The position numbers and the translations under genes were made by a program. The notes beneath the pieces are model-generated. The model searched no databases, was not told the DNA's origin, and saw nothing but the letters and a program-made list of their open reading frames with translations. Of a stretch of DNA of 64,000 nucleotides, positions 61,026 through 64,000 are shown piece by piece (the stretch's first letter is position 1; each line of letters starts with the position of its first letter). Source of the DNA: Candidatus Asgardarchaeum abyssi (GTDB lineage: Archaea; Asgardarchaeota; Asgardarchaeia; Asgardarchaeales; Asgardarchaeaceae); assembly GCA_040225955.1 (NCBI GenBank), contig JBECUL010000001.1, positions 39,452 to 103,451 of the forward strand, read 5' to 3'.

Positions 61026-62447
61026 TCATATTATGTTATGTTCTCTAAGCCATTCTTCAAAACCGATGATTCCATTCTTCTGGATCTTATTTACTAAGTC
61101 CTTTGGCCAGAACGGGAGTGACTCATCAGATAATATTTCAACAATTTCTCTTTTTGCAATATTACCATTTTTATACGCATTATAGAGCCATAGAAGTCCT
61201 TCTTCAGCTATAAATCCACCATTTCTCAGAACAGCCTTTATGACTTTTATTTCAGGACAAAATGTAAGAAGATCGAAAATTTTTCCTTTAAGCGGTGCTG
61301 CGTCAACAAATACTCTCCTATAATCTTCATCTAAATAGTATATTTTATTTTTATGAGGGACATAAATTAAATAGTTATCAAAATAATCAAGCACCAACAT
61401 TAATTTATATCTATTCAAATTCGTTTTTGATAAGAAGTCATGTAAATTCATTGAGAATGATTTCTTGTTATGCAATAGTCTTTCTATTGCATCTATCCAT
61501 TTACCAATTGAAATCTCCAAATCACCCCTCTCCATATAGCCATTCTCATTATAAACCCACTTTACTCTTGCATCAATTTTCCTGAAAAGCGCATTAATTA
61601 GTTTATCTCCAAATAAATATAACTCATACTCAAATTGCTTATCAAAAATCTCATAAAGTGGAATTTTTACATTACCAGATGGCCTAGAGCTGTAATCAAG
61701 CTTAGCTTTTATCGAGGAGACTATGTAATCCCCAATATTTCTCTCAAAAGAGGCATATGAAATTAAGAGTTCCGAAAATGCATAGAGCGTTGCTATAGAA
61801 ATTATAACCAATGGTAAATTAAAATATAGTGCAGTTAATATAGCAAGAACCGAAAAAAACGAAATAATTCTGAAGAGATTGAAAAAGTATGTTGGATATT
61901 TCTCAATCAGTGAAACAATTAAAATTTCTAATATTATAAGAATGACAAGAAAGTTCTGCATATACCCCAGTATTCTGCTTACTTGTAGTATAAAGAGAAT
62001 CCCTATAATTGCTATAACTGCAAGAAGTATTATCATAAGATAACTTATTGTTTTAAATCTGAAATTTATTATGATTAATGATGTAATTGATGCCACACTA
62101 GATACTACTACGGTCCATAGTAAAATTAGAGATGCCAGTTTAAGCGAAATTCTAAGAAATGGCAATACTATTAAAGATACTGTTAGCAGCACGAAATTTA
62201 TGATTGTCGATAATGATATAAAAAATGATGTTTTGTACCAGAGTCTTCCGCTAATTATAGAAAGAACTGTAAAAAGAAGCACAAGGGAAAGTAATGTGAG
62301 CAAATCTAATATATCAATCAATACGGAGCCAAAGATTGGGCTAAATGCTAGTGCAAGAAATACTATCAAATTAGATAGCAATGGAATAGCTTCTTGTATA
62401 TTATATTTGCGAATTTTAAACACCTCTAAAGCTGTTCTTATTTTCAT
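61026..62447 (-). CDS. Multi-TM membrane protein with cytoplasmic C-terminal domain
   Basis: About 8 TMs then a soluble domain ending DLLTFCPE..NGGFIAEEGLLWLYNAYKNGNI..FEEWLREHNII. Confidence 0.72.
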   Translation of the reverse strand: MKIRTALEVFKIRKYNIQEAIPLLSNLIVFLALAFSPIFGSVLIDILDLLTLLSLVLLFTVLSIISGRLWYKTSFFISLSTIINFVLLTVSLIVLPFLRISLKLASLILLWTVVVSSVASITSLIIINFRFKTISYLMIILLAVIAIIGILFILQVSRILGYMQNFLVILIILEILIVSLIEKYPTYFFNLFRIISFFSVLAILTALYFNLPLVIISIATLYAFSELLISYASFERNIGDYIVSSIKAKLDYSSRPSGNVKIPLYEIFDKQFEYELYLFGDKLINALFRKIDARVKWVYNENGYMERGDLEISIGKWIDAIERLLHNKKSFSMNLHDFLSKTNLNRYKLMLVLDYFDNYLIYVPHKNKIYYLDEDYRRVFVDAAPLKGKIFDLLTFCPEIKVIKAVLRNGGFIAEEGLLWLYNAYKNGNIAKREIVEILSDESLPFWPKDLVNKIQKNGIIGFEEWLREHNII

Positions 62448-62548
62448 GAGATGTTGAAATAAAGATTAAGATTAAATTATACCTATCATGATAGTTTATC
62501 GTAAGCTGTAATTCCCTATATTCACTCTAATAATATTTTTACAATAGG

Positions 62549-64000
62549 CTATTTTGATAATATTTTCAGTCTTCTAGGCACTTTTAAAATTTTTTTCCAA
62601 TGAATTATAATCATTATTGTTATTGTCATGAAAATATTAATAATTATAATCCAATTATTAATAGTAGGAATAGGATCTATAGAATCGCTAATGCCATCTC
62701 CATCGGAATCCCAAAACCTAGGGCTCGTCCCCCTTGATATTTCATCTCCATCAATGATTTCATCTCCATCGGTATCTATAACATATGGATCGCTGCCGTA
62801 AATGAATTCTTGATAGTTTGATAATCCATCTCCATCTAAATCCATATTTCCATCAGAAATATTTAATGGATCTAATTCGTATTGTATCTCCCATCCATCA
62901 AAAATTCCATCTCCATCAGTATCTGGTTTTATTGGATCTGTATGATAAATATTTATCTCATCTCCATCAGATATCTCATCAGCATCAGTATCATTGCTAC
63001 ATGGATTTGTATTCATATCAACCTCATCTCCATCAATTATTCCATCATTGTCAGTATCGTTAAAGAGCGGATTTAAACTGTATATAGCTTCATAGTAATC
63101 AGATAGTTTATCATTATCAGTATCTTTGTCAAATGGATTAGTGCCTAGTACGATCTCATCCCAATCAGAAAGTTGATCATAATCCGAATCTTCGCTAAAT
63201 ATTGCTAGGAATATGTCCCAATTATCATCATTTTTAATAGATCCGATAAAATAGATTATACCAAATTGATCAACAAAACAATTTCCACACATACATTCCT
63301 CTTCCGATGGGGGTGATAGTTGCCATAGTTCTTTAAATGTATTATTATTTAATGTAAATGCAGTAATGTAAGAATATTCTTCTTCGGAGTACCAGAATAT
63401 GTAGATTGTATTATTCCTAAAAAGTATAGAACTACTAAAATCATTTCTCAAACTTCCTATTATTTCTTTATTAATAATAGTACCATTATTATCAAGCATT
63501 AGAATGAAAATGTCACTTCCATCAAATTTCGTATAACTTGATGTGTATCCTACTATATATACATTATCTTTATCATCTACGCAAATTCCTGTAGGAACAT
63601 CGTCATCCGGACCACCCCATGTCATGTTCCATATCATATTTCCTTGGTTATCGTATTTTAATACAAAGACATCAGCATCACCAGCAGTATAGCTTGAAGT
63701 GTATCCCGTTACATATATATACTCATTATTGTCAACAGTAATGTCTAACCCAACGTCATTTTTGGTTCCACCCCAAACACGTTCCCACTGTTTGGTTCCA
63801 TCTGTAGTGAACTTTAAAATAAGAATGTCATATTCACCAGAACCATAACTCGAAGTATATCCTGTTACGTAAAGATAAGTATCTTCATATAAAACTAAAC
63901 TCATTCCACATTCATATTCATAATCTCCCCATACTCGCTCCCATACCTTATTTCCTTCACTGTCAAATTTCATTAAGAGAAGGTCATAATCATAAATCCC
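62549..64000 (-). CDS. Beta-propeller (SBBP-like) + TSP3-repeat surface protein with C-terminal TM (5' end beyond window)
   Basis: YIYVTGYTSSY..D..ILK.D..G..W..WGG repeats; many DxDxDG repeats; frame open to the window edge. Confidence 0.85.
   Translation of the reverse strand, partial: GIYDYDLLLMKFDSEGNKVWERVWGDYEYECGMSLVLYEDTYLYVTGYTSSYGSGEYDILILKFTTDGTKQWERVWGGTKNDVGLDITVDNNEYIYVTGYTSSYTAGDADVFVLKYDNQGNMIWNMTWGGPDDDVPTGICVDDKDNVYIVGYTSSYTKFDGSDIFILMLDNNGTIINKEIIGSLRNDFSSSILFRNNTIYIFWYSEEEYSYITAFTLNNNTFKELWQLSPPSEEECMCGNCFVDQFGIIYFIGSIKNDDNWDIFLAIFSEDSDYDQLSDWDEIVLGTNPFDKDTDNDKLSDYYEAIYSLNPLFNDTDNDGIIDGDEVDMNTNPCSNDTDADEISDGDEINIYHTDPIKPDTDGDGIFDGWEIQYELDPLNISDGNMDLDGDGLSNYQEFIYGSDPYVIDTDGDEIIDGDEISRGTSPRFWDSDGDGISDSIDPIPTINNWIIIINIFMTITIMIIIHWKKILKVPRRLKILSK
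62680..63190 (-). repeat. TSP3-like DxDxDG coding repeats
   Basis: DSDYDQL, DTDNDKL, DTDNDGI, DTDADEI, DTDGDGI, DLDGDGL, DTDGDEI, DSDGDGI. Confidence 0.8.

Noticed and set aside
2953-63076. Numerous short antisense/overlapping ORFs in the track (e.g. 3307-3618, 10142-10600, 16347-16904, 19548-19994, 62071-62457)
   Set aside because: Shadow ORFs opposite or inside well-supported genes, with no recognisable motifs
1-64000. tRNA, rRNA, CRISPR array, transposase or integrase
   Set aside because: No long GC-rich structured tract, regularly spaced direct repeats or recombinase motifs seen by eye; a tRNAscan/CRISPR scan was not run

Overview
AT-rich archaeal genomic DNA: GGTGA/GGAGG Shine-Dalgarno sites, frequent GTG/TTG starts and T-tract terminators. 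A multi-TM plus longin-like protein and TSP3-repeat/beta-propeller membrane proteins suggest an Asgard-type archaeon, and BpsA-like enzymes suggest a thermophile (both are inference). In order, the window holds: an NrdG-like fragment, an apparently orphan N6-adenine DNA methyltransferase, adenine deaminase, a ferredoxin-radical SAM protein, housekeeping/unknown genes, a trehalose/maltodextrin cluster (sugar ABC transporter, treT, debranching enzyme, galT, and a maltokinase-like kinase nearby), a DASS transporter, cutA and tfx. Next comes a 14.3-kb formate hydrogenlyase operon (Fdh + group 4 NiFe hydrogenase, four antiporter-like subunits, HycH-like factor). The variable right end has (i) a tandem pair of BpsA-like (branched-chain polyamine synthase fold) enzymes, the first apparently fused via a TM helix to an extracellular domain, which is the best candidate for an undescribed system; (ii) two convergent vapBC modules with palindromic operators; (iii) a partly decaying cluster of paralogous receptor-like membrane proteins sharing a C-terminal motif. 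Several genes are split by single-base indels, mostly in homopolymers, so they may be sequencing errors. No rRNA, tRNA, CRISPR array or transposase was recognised. All homology calls come from motif recognition by eye, not database searches.
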